Assembly (NCBI GenBank): GCA_050084985.1
Contig: JBITNC010000002.1
Location: 31,558,001 to 31,622,000 of the forward strand
DNA length: 64,000 bases
Reading direction: 5' to 3'
DNA from: Nageia nagi
Lineage: Eukaryota > Plantae > Pinophyta
Shown: positions 49,181 to 61,116 of the stretch, piece after piece
Position numbering within the stretch: position 1 is the stretch's first letter
Layout of the letters: every line of letters begins with the position of its first letter
Made by a program: the position numbers and the translations under genes
The notes under the pieces: generated by a model
Databases searched by the model: none
What the model was told of the DNA's origin: nothing
What the model saw: the letters and a program-made list of their open reading frames with translations, nothing else

Positions 49181-50559
49181 ATGGTACCACTAGCGATTTT
49201 AGTATAGAAAATTGACTTGAGGTATCATTGACGAGATGTATAATTAGAAAAATATAATATACTACTTTTTGATGATTGAAATATACATTATGTATATTTA
49301 TGAGATGTGTTCATGAAATATTTATGGAATGAAATTTTAAAAAATAACAAATGTATATTTAACATGAAATGAACACATGTGACTGTTGGGTAATGACTAG
49401 AATGATCAAGGGAGACAAGGTATTAGGGATATTGAATATATATAAAAATTATAAATTGAACCCAGTGTGGGCATCGACATTTTTAACAAATTAGGATGTT
49501 TGGACATGATATGGTAGGTCAAGGTAACATGAAGGAATTGATTTTCATTATTTGGATATAAGAAAGCGAATTTTCTTCATGGTTGTGGTTAAGGGAACAT
49601 GCATGTAAATATGGTCCTAACTATTTGAAGTCCAAGTAAATGGTATATGCGTAACAAAACCATGTTTAGGGAATTGGGACAGGTGATAGGAAGTATAACA
49701 GTTTTAACTATGCATAAAATATGTCAAGGATCCTAGCACAGGTGCTGGTGTGGCAAATAGGAAAGAGAGTTGGGAATAACCTTTCCAACACCAAATTGAA
49801 CCTCTAAGGAAGTAGAAACATGAATGAATGATGAAATATTAAGAAACTAATAGGTGGCTCTAAGCAAAAAAGTTGTCAAGCTAAACTAAGCCAAATATTT
49901 CTTAGTAAGGGATGACAAATCCACACAAGGCATAGGTTATGACCCCTAAACAGAAATGGATGACATGCATATACTATTGGCTTCTTGAGATTTAGCAGGA
50001 AGACCAGTGCATACACTAAGTTCAATGCCTATGCAGAGCTATAAAATGGTATGGGGTTGTGACTTCTGGTGATTAGCAAATGTCCCCAATATGGTGGAGA
50101 TGATAGATTAGTGAATTGCATCCTAGCACGGATGTGCTAATCTATGGGGAATTTGAACAAAAAACCAAAATAGAGACACCTATAATATTGTATACATGTC
50201 AAAAAATTATAAATGATAAGAGGAAGAATAGTAATATGTACCTTTCTTTTGAGGTGGGGGAAGAGTACTCATGAAGTTGATGTTTATGTTTGATGATTTA
50301 AATTTGATGAAATTTAGAAATGGATTATTGAAGATGCCCATAGTATTATTATTCTCATGCTAAGGACCTCTCAATGGTTTTGGTTGATCATCTAACTTTG
50401 GCTAGGAAAACCAACATTTTTTTGATCAATTAGGTCTTGAATCTTATTGAGCAATATGATACAATACTTTGTTATGTGTCCTTGTTGTTGATGGTATTTG
50501 CAAAACTCATCTGATTTGCACTCCTTTGGTACCCCTACTGTAAAGGATGGTTGAGTTGT

Positions 50560-51640
50560 AGGCTTAGGTGGTGGAACTAGTAACTTCCGTTAGATCAAAA
50601 TTCTTATGACCTTATCGATATCATCATAGATAGGTGTAGATTTCCATCTAGGAAATTTCTAATGTTATGTATAAATTGATTTTTTTTCTTTTTCAACTTT
50701 GTAAACTTTTGTTGCTGCTATGGTAAGTTGTTGTACTTATTCCACTTTGGTGACTATTGGTGCTTCATGAGAATGTTTCTTTTTATTCTGATGGGATGAT
50801 TTATCCCATTTTTTCTTTCATTCTAGTTTCCAATGTCCATAACTGAGGTGAAATTGCTTTTTTTTTCAATAATGCCTATAGAAATGCATTAAGAGGTAAC
50901 TTACAATAATTTAAACATTCTACTACATACTTTGGTTGGAGTGCCTTTAAAAAGGCCTTGATCTTCATATTATCATCTATACGAATCTGATTAGCATTTT
51001 TGCTTAAAAATATGATAATTTTTTTGATAGACTATCATTCTCTCTGCCTTATCTTCAACAAGTCATCAAATGTAAATTCTTTGCAATACGAAGTTGGAAA
51101 TGATCACAAAGGGCATTTTTAACTATCCAAAGCTAGTAATGCTACCATGTGGCAATTTGTTAAACCATTCGAAAGCTTCTCTTTTTAAATATAAAAGGAA
51201 TAATTTTGCATGCAAGTTCTCATCCAAGGTGGTTAAAGATACCTCATAAAAAAAATACATATATAAAGACATGGATTAATAGTACCATCAAACCTTGTAA
51301 ACTTCCAATCCTTATTACAAAGTGGTACCACATTTCTGATTCACATGCTTAAAGAGTTGCTGTCTTCATTTCGATGAGGAGCTAATCCTTGAAACTTAGC
51401 GATTGTCTTGACTTGTTGCTGTATGTCATTAATTCTATATGAAAATTGGAATGTCTTCCTTTGTATGCTCCATTGGTTGTTCAAATTGTTGTTTTTCTTT
51501 AAAGGTAGGCAATTGTTGTCTAGGATCAAAGACTTCAAAAACTCGTATTTTATCATTCCTATCATGGATGATGTTATGCAATGTAGTTGAGGCATACCAC
51601 TCTCTTTCATTGTGAGACAACAATATCATCTTTTCTTTAT
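50560..51640 (-). pseudogene. Decayed Gypsy gag
   Basis: Minus strand WKFTRFDGTINP resembles the KF.KYDG..DP gag motif. Lies downstream of the PBS. Many frameshifts. Confidence 0.55.
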
Positions 51641-51700
51641 CACATTTAAGAATTTCTAAAAATTTGATGTTATTATCTTCTCGAGTCCATCCAAGAATGG

Positions 51701-51872
51701 GCTATGTAGCTTGGGAAAGAAGTCTATCTACTTCTTCCTCTTGATATTTCCTCTCATTTGTGTGAGTATAGTGAATTGGTTCCTTAGGCTGTGTAGCTTG
51801 GGAATGAAGTCTATCTACTTCTTCCTTTTGATATTTCCTCTCATTTATGCGAGTATACTAAATTGGTTCCTT
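51701..51872. repeat. 86-bp tandem duplication
   Basis: GGCT.TGTAGCTTGGGAA.GAAGTCTATCTACTTCTTCC...AATTGGTTCCTT x2. Confidence 0.9.
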
Positions 51873-53120
51873 GTTCTTGATCTGAAATATTCTTGTTTTA
51901 GTTTTGTAGTCATTTTGTACTTTGTAAAGGTCTATTTATCAACTGAGTGAAGAAATTTGGTTATGATCATTTTATCTTCATCTGACCAATCTATACAAGG
52001 TGTATCAATCTCTACTATAAGCTTGTTTATTTCTTCATATTTTGTAGGATCATCATTTTCACATTCATCTTCAATAAAGATATCTATATATCATCTAAAT
52101 CTAGAACTTGTTCATCCTATCTATTATGTGCAATTTGTACAATAAGGCCATCATCGACTAGAGCTAAAAGGTAAACTTGGGCTTCTTGATGAAGCAAATA
52201 TTGTAATGTAGTAGGTTGAGAAAGCTTTTCAGTGACACTATTGATTAGATCAATGATCTCTTTTTGCTTTTTTTGAGCTATATCCTTTACAGAAACTACT
52301 AGTGGAACTAGAGCTGCTATCTTTATCTGAGGCTTTGCGTATGTGCTAAGGTTAGTGTCCATGCTAATGTGAGAATTTACACTAGCTTTAGGAAGGATAA
52401 ATGGTCAGGCATTTGGCATAAGAATGAATTTATTTGTGAAGAATCCCAAATTCATGTTTTGTGGTATAATGGTCATGTCATTAAGAGGAATGTTCTCCTT
52501 ATACCTGTTATGATGCCATAATTTTTATTGTTTTGTCACTTCTTTATCTTCAAGTACATCAACTACATATGCCTTTTTCTCAACTGCTAATCCATTAAGA
52601 AGTTTAGTGAACTTGTGCTTATTTTCTTTAGAACTCCTACCTTTCTTGAATATCTCATCATTAATCAATCGAGAAATGATCTCTTCTTCAGTTGTGATAG
52701 GAGGTTCTTGATTCAGAGGGGTTTGATATCCTATATTATCTGAATTAACCCTTTGGTTTACTATCTTAGCTGAATTATTAGAGCTATTTGCAAAGCTCTC
52801 CTGATTTGAAGTACTATGAGTAGCTTCTTTAGTTATCTACCTCTATACATCAGTAGATGGTTGCTTGGTGTGAATTCTTTCACTTCACCTTTGAACTACT
52901 TTAGGCCTACCAATTATTCTTATTTTTCAGTATTTTTAGCTATCAATTTAGTATTAAGATATACATTTTCATTTTTAGTAACAAAAAATGCATTAGGAAT
53001 ATAGTGTGTAAATAAAACCTTTAATAGGTTTGACATTGCGGTAGAATTATACATTCAAGAGCATTTATATTCTAACCCTAATTCAGAATTAGAAAATGCA
53101 AAGAAAGGTGGGCACCAATA

Positions 53121-53909
53121 TGTTGATATGTGTTTTGGTACACCTAGGTTTACCTCTAAATGATCTACAAACACATACATTTTATTGTATGATAAACTTA
53201 AGCTAATTAACTTAGATAAACATAAATAAATAAGAGAATTAAACTATGCAGTAATAGAGTAACAAAATTATAATGATATTAAGATGTTAAATACAACTAC
53301 ATGCATTAAAGAGAAAGGAATCAAGTGAAATATAAATACATGTGTGTCCTTACCTATTTCAAGGTTGAGAATGATAGAAGAACTTATTGAAGAGTGATGA
53401 CCTTATTGTGTGAATCCTAAGGCCAACTGTAGATGAAACACCAACGTGGGTGCTAGCCTCAAAGAGCTCAACACAAGCATTAATGATCCTAAAGAATGAG
53501 GTTTGCCAACAAAGATTGATGAAAATAGAGATGATGAAAAGTCAAATAGAGAATATGATCACAAAAGTGGATAACAAATATTCACTCAAATGGTAACAAG
53601 ATTCACTCGAATGGTAACAAGATTCCAATCTCAATAGGTGGCATTTAGAAACACCCAAGTGTAGGGTACCAACTATCGAGATGTAATCTTGACATGCTTT
53701 CTTTAGGTTAGAGATACTTATATTTAAATTAGATGTGATTCACCATTTGACTTCTTATGTGAAGGTAGTAGCTTTCATAGTATACCTAACATAAAAATAA
53801 GAACACAACTAGAGAAATATGTGATAATAAAGTAAAATATGATTAAAACATGTATGTAAGTTACACCTAAGTGGGACCGTGTTAAAGGAACCACTTTTAG
53901 GTATCAAAA
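53121..53909 (-). repeat. 5' LTR of the Tat/Ogre-like element
   Basis: Starts TGTTGA next to the PBS-like motif. Its end is shared with 45102-45187. Internal 21-bp tandem at about 53580-53625. Confidence 0.7.
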
Positions 53910-54179
53910 GGATCCCAAAAGATATGAAATGATATAAATACACCATATGCATTATTTAAGAAGATGCATGATGTAAACATAATTTTTTATGGTCTGTAAT
54001 AATTGCAGGATACATACAAAATGGGTTTTCTAAAAAACTACTTAATACATATATGCAAAATATTTAATAATATAGGGTACATACATGTAATAAAAAATAC
54101 AAAATAATAACCTAAAGAATTTTATTCCAAATGCAATTATCAAGTGTTAATCCCTAATATACATGTATTCTTCAAAATA

Positions 54180-54295
54180 CATAAGAATACAAGGTAGAGC
54201 AATTATTTGATAAGATTACATGTATGAGAAGAATACAAGGTAGATTAATTATTTGATAAGTACATGTATGCAAAGAATACAAGGAAAAGCAATTG
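54180..54295. repeat. ~45-bp tandem repeat x2.5
   Basis: AAGAATACAAGGTAGA..AATTATTTGATAAG.TACATGTATG repeated. Confidence 0.85.
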
Positions 54296-54864
54296 TATGA
54301 CAATATTACATTGGTTCATTTGCTTACCTTGCCTCTCCTCTATCCCCTCGCCTCTACAAACTTGAAAAAATAAAAATGATCGATAATTTTCCAAGTGCCC
54401 TAATAGCATAACCTTTGTGTATCTTCTACTTACATGCAACCATGCAAGTCTAATGGAATAGCATGAGTGACTATTATTGCATTATTCTTGGGATGAATTA
54501 CATGTATTATTGACCTTCTTAGTCATGCTACTTGTTTTTAGGAAGCTTTGAACTTCATCAATTACAATGATTTCAGAATATGCAATTCATGGCTATAACA
54601 AGGATTCCCTTTAACTTAGATATGATGAAGCACTTGGGAACCACTTATGTTTTCTATGTTTTACTAAGTATTATAAGTATGTTTTTGCCAACTTACCACT
54701 TTTGGTTTTGACAATTTCTTTCTTTCTAAAATCCAATTTTTAGACTATATGGTGTATTTAAATAATTTCATATCATAGTCTATTTAGATATTTCAGTGGG
54801 TGGTATAAATTTGTTGGAGGTTTCAAATAATATATTTAATGCTTCTATCACTTCATGAGGTTTC

Positions 54865-55216
54865 AAAAATATTTAGATCATCTCATTTCATTTTTTCATA
54901 TCATATAATATATTCAGATCATTTCATAGTGTATGGTATAGTTACATCATTTCAAACCATATGGTGCACTTGGATCATTTCATATCATATTATGTAGTTA
55001 CATCATTTTCATATCATATGGTGTATTTAGATCATTTCATATCATATGGTATAGTTGCATTATTTTAGACCATATGGTGTAATTAAATCATTTCATATCA
55101 TATGTTTATGTATTTAGATAATTTCATATTATATGGTGCACTTAATCATTCCATACTATATGTTGGTGCATCTAGAAAATTTCATATCATATGGCGTAGT
55201 TGGATCATTTCATATC
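54865..55216. repeat. ~29-bp minisatellite, about 11-12 copies
   Basis: Consensus approximately GATCATTTCATATCATATGGTGTATTTA. Confidence 0.9.
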
Positions 55217-55398
55217 CATGGACTAGGACACTATAGAGTGTGTTTAGGCATTCCTTTGGGTGTTACCAGTATTGGAATAGGATGACTAAGGTAAGAGGCC
55301 AAATGGTGATTGGTTAGTTCCATCGAGTCATCCTTTAGTAACTCAAGGCTATGACTATGATTGATCTATAAGGTGAACCTCAGATAATTAAGAATGGA

Positions 55399-55507
55399 AT
55401 AGTTTGGAAGCATTCTTCCATCATGTTTTCTATAGAAAATATATTTTCTATAGAGGACATATTTTAATTTCTATTGAAAATATGATGGAAGAATGATTCC
55501 AAACTAT
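55399..55507. repeat. Near-perfect 40-bp inverted repeat (foldback / MITE-like)
   Basis: ATAGTTTGGAAGCATTCTTCCATCATGTTTTCTATAGAAA versus the reverse complement of 55468-55507: 3 mismatches. Confidence 0.85.
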
Positions 55508-55527
55508 GCTTATTAAAAATAAAAAAT

Positions 55528-55826
55528 TACTACAAGACAATTTAAAACTGCCCTCTTAAATACTAAGGTGGTGGTTTCAAACCATCCCCCTTAAATACTA
55601 AGGTTGCAATTTCAAATCGTCCCCTTATATTTTAAGGGGTGGTTTCTAATCGTCTCACTAGGAACCTAGGTGATGGTTTGTAAGACCATTCATAGATAGT
55701 TATGAACTACCACTGTAGAGTTTTGAATTTTAATGATGCCATATTAGATGGGGGGTGGATGACCATTCATAAAGTATTTTTATGGGGGTTTAAAACTACC
55801 TATGAAGGGCCTTTTTGGTACAATGT
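55528..55826. mobile_element. Possible CACTA-derived miniature element
   Basis: Starts TACTACAAG (CACTACAAG-like). Subterminal inverted and direct motifs (AACC.TCCCCTT / AAGGGG.GGTT). Degenerate right end TTTTTGGTACAATG. Confidence 0.45.
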
Positions 55827-58189
55827 TTGATAGTGATTTTTAGAAATTAGGACCAAAGTGCAATGTAGTACTTATATTTAGCTCAATATGAGGTGTTGGA
55901 GTGCCATTCCTATGGGATTATGGATGACTAACATAATATAATCTATATTATGGTAGGTTCTTAATTTAATAAGATGTGTTGTCTTAGGTTGATAAAGATG
56001 TGAGGAATTTTGAACAACTAATTTGTTTTTAAATCACAAAGTCGAGGGGTTTCAAAATATAGGAGACTCATCCAAAACATAACATGAAGTAGTGAAGGGA
56101 ACGAGGCATTTATCTTAACATAATGTTTTCTTATGTTGTGAAGGATTCAATAGGTAATGGAATTTTCTATCCATTGGTTGCTAGCAGATGATCAAGTATT
56201 TGCTTCTTGGGATGGCTAAAACCTTAGTTTCTCTATGGGCATATTTATGCCCAAGCTCTTACAAGGGAATTCATTCCCTTATTTTTTTCATTGGATCCAA
56301 TAGAATATGATTACAATATTTTGTTGTTGTATTTATCGATCATAGGAGATTAGTTATGCTTTTAGGTGGATTTGCCTTTAACACTTTCAATCTTGTGTTG
56401 AATCAAACATGAGCTTTCATGCTTATTTGTATTTGTTTAGTTATTTTTGTAAAAATTTCAAGATTCTTACAAAATTCCCTCTTCCAACTAAATAAAAAAA
56501 CTATTATGTATAACAATTGATAGTAGTGTCTAGCTATCAACTTGTTGTGCAAGATAATGTTGCCCACCAATAAGCTACAATGTTCATAGTAGAGCAATAT
56601 TAGTGCAACCAAAATGTGGAGATAGTGATATAAAAATTATTATTTTATGGTACATAATACAAGTGTAATATGTGGGATTTATGTTGGTAGAGTTTGGAGA
56701 AAGACGGTAAAAAGTAGAAGTAAATATGGAGCAGTAAATAGTTAAATGTAATTGTAAATGATGAATAGTATCTAATGAATAGTTCATGATAAATAGTAAA
56801 TATGAATATCAAAGTAAATTATGGTAAGTGGGAGATCTATGGATAATATCTAGAAAATATATTATAGAAAAATATAATAAATGATGTGGCTTAATGATAT
56901 TTAATGAGAAAATGTGAGATTCTAAAAAGGTGATGAGATGTAAAGTATGTATTGATTTTTGTAAGAGGGATTTTCATAAAATGTAATGTTACATAAAATC
57001 CATATGTCATCTCATGGATATATTTAATAGTAGCATAGATAAATTCAAAATATTCTAAAGTAGTAGAAAAATTTAGATACCTACTTGAGCCTATAAATAT
57101 AGGTATTCCATGTGCATGTTAAATAAGTTAGCAATCAATTTCATAGTTGAAAATTTGAGTGTTTTAGTGTGGTAAAGTAAGAAATAGTCTCTTTAGTACT
57201 AGTATCATATTCAAGTCTCATAAATATGTCCAATTATTGTGATATACTTATGATATGTTAGCCAAATGGAGAGAAGGTTATTATTTTATTATAAGAAGTC
57301 TCTCTACTAGAGTGGTTTCGATAATGTTTGAGCTAGATTAAATGTTGAGTTGAGGAAGTGGTGATGCTCCTCACATGATAACTAAGTCCTTTGCTATTGC
57401 AGTTCAAAGAGAGTTTCTTTCATTGTACTCTTATTATTGTTGTAATAATATCTTCACATGTATTGAGAGTATTGTTACATAGCCATTGTACCATTATAAA
57501 ATTATCGTGTTTATATGATTTAATTTTTGATTAAAGTGATGCACGATGATTAATGATCATTGCAAGAGGAAGGCTCAATATTGTAATATTTTATATCATA
57601 AAATAGTTGATATTTTTGGTTCCATTATCATGACCATTACTCATTAGTGGTAATTATATTTACAAGAATCTTTGTACTATCATAGGTAAATTCTTATTTT
57701 TGTTGCTCAATCTTATGAGGATGCTCAAGAATTTGAGCAATAATTCAAAAGGTTGTGAATTTGTAATAAATTGACTATAAAGGTGAAATGGGAAAAAATT
57801 ATTCTCATCTTCCTTGATGGTGAAATTGACTAGTGAAGAGTAATTAATATAATCAAGTTCAAGGGAGATATCATGAAGAGCTTAGACCCACTACTACAAT
57901 ATGCCCATTTAGCATCATTACGGGAATTAATTATTTTTAAAATATGTTTTGATGTCATATGTGTTAGAAGATGTCAAATGGCATTAGGTTTTATTTTTGT
58001 CAAAATTTTCAAAGGTCATGACACCATTACTAACTCCATAATTGATGCCAATTATGATTTCATAATAACCTAGAAAATAAAAGGTGGGATCACACATAGA
58101 TTGTACACATAATTGTGATCCAACCATCGATTAAACCATTTAATTGGCGATTAATACATACATCAAAGACTCTATAAAAGTGAATTTTA

Positions 58190-58610
58190 GTTGAAGGATG
58201 TAATGCATATTTTGATTTCCATAAATGCAAATGCACACTACTCTCTACACTCTTCAACATGTCTTCAACTCCTGCAGACTTGCATTGTCAACAATGCCCT
58301 TAGAGAGGGAAAACTCCTTCATTCAATCATCAATCACATCAAACTTAAATTTGAGCCATTCACACATATGCTCTTGTAATTCATAATTATCTACATGTAT
58401 GTCAATTGAGGAACTTTGGTGGAATCCAACAAAGTTTTCGATTATATTATTGAATGAGACATCTTCTCATGGAATATGATAATTTAAGGTTACCAAATTC
58501 ATGTCTTTGGTATTGAAATTATTTCACCAAATGAAACAAAAAATAATAATAGTCCAACTAAATCAATTCACCTTTCCTAGTATTATTAAAGCATACACCA
58601 AATAGGGTCT
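58190..58610 (+). pseudogene. PLS-class pentatricopeptide repeat (PPR) gene fragment
   Basis: STCLQLLQTCIVNNALREGKLLHS...IYMYVN*GTLVESNKVFDYIIE*DIFSWNMII*GY...VQLNQFTFPSIIKAY. Several stops and a frameshift. Confidence 0.85.
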
Positions 58611-59879
58611 ATACATACATTAAACTCTTCAAAACCAAATTTCTTAGATAGGCATTAACATTTTTTCACTAAATGCAATAAATAACAATATTATTCCAAC
58701 CAGATCAATTCAAATATATACTTTTCACAAAATAGATGATGTTCTGATGCCAATATTAACATTCCCATGCTACCATGTGACATTAATATTATCACCACCT
58801 GACATTAATATTATCGTCACTTGGATAACACCAATATTGATGCTATACATGACACTAGGTGATGCTAATGTTGATGCTATGTTCCAACGCTGGTAGAACT
58901 AATTATGATGCCTCTACTAAAAGGTACATTAGCAACTTTTATGGCATCAAGAATGAAATAACTTTTATTTTTTGAATGCAATACATCCTAATGTCAATTC
59001 TAATGCTTGATGTAGTTTATGTTGTAGTGACCTTAAGAAAATATTCTAAAATCATGATTGATAATACCAATTTGAGCTAAGAATTGAATGAGAAAATTAG
59101 ACAATATTATGCTCTATCATAAGAATTAAGGAGAAAGATTGAAGATCAAATTTGAAAGGATAATTTTGGAGATGGAGTCATCAATGGCACTGATAGGCTT
59201 CTACTAAAGTACTTCAACTTAGGGATGAGGTAAGAGATTTAATAAAGTGTGAAGTATGAGAGGATTACCACTATAGAACAAGATAATGACATAGTGAAGA
59301 GATAATAGGAAAGTATAGAGGAAGAGCCTAAAGAAATTATAGTTCCTCCATCACCAAGTGCTACTTCAAAACCTTTGATATTAGGTACTTCACTCATTTA
59401 TATATCTTAAACAAAATATGATGGCTTAATTTCTTAAATGGGATAATCACCAATCAATCTTCTCCAAGATAAGGATTACTTGAAGAAGGAGATTGAGGTC
59501 ATAGAAAGAATCAAACAAGTATCATATGATATAGATGTAGGAATAAGGGGAAATACAAGACCAACTATCCAAGAAATCCTTCAAATTCATGAATAAAGGA
59601 TGAAAAGAGAAAGACACTTGTGCATGTAGTAGAGCCCATGAATGATGAAGAAGTTGATGTTCTTCCAATGAAGAATCCCAAGGAACATGTGAACAAGGGA
59701 GAAAATGAAGCTGAAAATATAAAAAGGATAAAGGAAAAAGGAGAAGAATATTAAGCATATAGGACTTACCATTATTCTTAGGCAAATCACATTACTCAAT
59801 ATTAAAGGACTTGTATACATGACATACCAATATTACATACAAGCAATTATTGGCATTATCTTATTGTATACCTTGAAAA

Positions 59880-61116
59880 TGTAAAACTATGGGGATCCAA
59901 AATGAACCTCAGATTAAATATTAGTAATATCAATAATCAAACACATAAACTTGGGTTTCCAACATCCTCAATAATGCATCCACAATACCAACGATGGGTC
60001 TCTAGGGAACCAAATAATACCACAAGCCTGACATCATCCCTTTAAGGCTTTCAGTCACACCAAACACCCAATGAATATTTACAATGATGGAAATACAAGT
60101 ATACAACATCCATGATGGCCATAATATGAAAAACCAACACAAAAAATGCTAAAAATACCAATGCATGCACAATTATGGAATAATGATGCTCAACAATGCC
60201 ACATACACAATATAAACAATACAACACTAAGATCTAATTTCCAATGACCTGTATTATGATATGAGATGAATAGCAATACAAACCCTAACTCCTAGAGCTA
60301 GAAATTATCCTCCAAGGAACCAACCAGGGTACAAGAATGTGAAACCCTCACTAATATGTTATCAAACCATGGGATAGATGCAATCCCTCAGAATTTGAAT
60401 CCTCTCCATTAAAGAAGCCCTCCTCAAACCTTGGATATCCACTAAAGGAAGAAGTGTATCCTCAGAATTCCATCAAATGGGATTGGTGCTCTACCAAAGC
60501 TGTATATAGTTAGGATCCCAATGCTTGCCTACCCTCTAGATGCTCCACCTTGGAAGAGTTGCTTATAATTACTAAGATTGTTTCTTGAAGGTTTGGTATA
60601 AAGTGTATAAGAATCAAATGGTGATTATCAATGAGGTCCTCATGTTTATTTATATTTTACATCATGTTCGGATCTCACCTCAGAATCATCCTAGGCCCAT
60701 CTAATCCAACATTGGGGTCAAAGAGGTCAACCATGCCAACATGGGGGTCATAATGTCCCAATGTGCCAACATGGGGCTCATAAAGGCCCATAAAGTTGAC
60801 ATGGGGATCTTGGAGTGCTCAAGTACCAGCATGGGGGTGTGGGGCCCTCCTTAATGTTGTACAAGCATTATAGTGTTTTTCCAGTCCATTAATGCATCAA
60901 GACACCTAAAGATTCATACAATATAGGATATCCAACATAATATGAACCTACTATACTACTTAGGAGGGAGACGTCTCACTTAGGGCTCATAATGGGATCC
61001 ATAAAACCCATTATTATTCCTATCTTGAGTTATAATTGGGTACATGAAAACTCATTAAGTAAATATAGTACGCGAGACCCAACGGGTCCCATTACATATT
61101 CAAGGGGGATGTCACA
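59880..61116. mobile_element. Possible solo LTR
   Basis: Ends GGGGGATGTCACA (61116), with a minus-strand TATA near 60648 and an internal 30-bp repeat. Left boundary and TSD are not convincing. Confidence 0.35.
60705..60840. repeat. 30-bp tandem repeat x5 (CCAACATGGGGG core)
   Basis: Cores at about 60706, 60736, 60766, 60796 and 60826. Confidence 0.85.

Larger units (their letters stand above)
45102..53909 (-). mobile_element. Tat/Ogre-like non-autonomous LTR element (gag plus antisense PMD, no recognisable pol), 3' LTR truncated
   Basis: 5' LTR 53121-53909 with PBS-like TGGTGCCCACC (53107-53117, minus). 45102-45187 matches the last ~86 bp of that LTR (53824-53909) and is bordered by a PPT-like AGAAAAGAAGGCA (minus, 45190-45202). 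Confidence 0.75.

Noticed and set aside
56580-57660. Possible solo LTR (TATA near 57091)
   Set aside because: Boundaries and TSD not identifiable.
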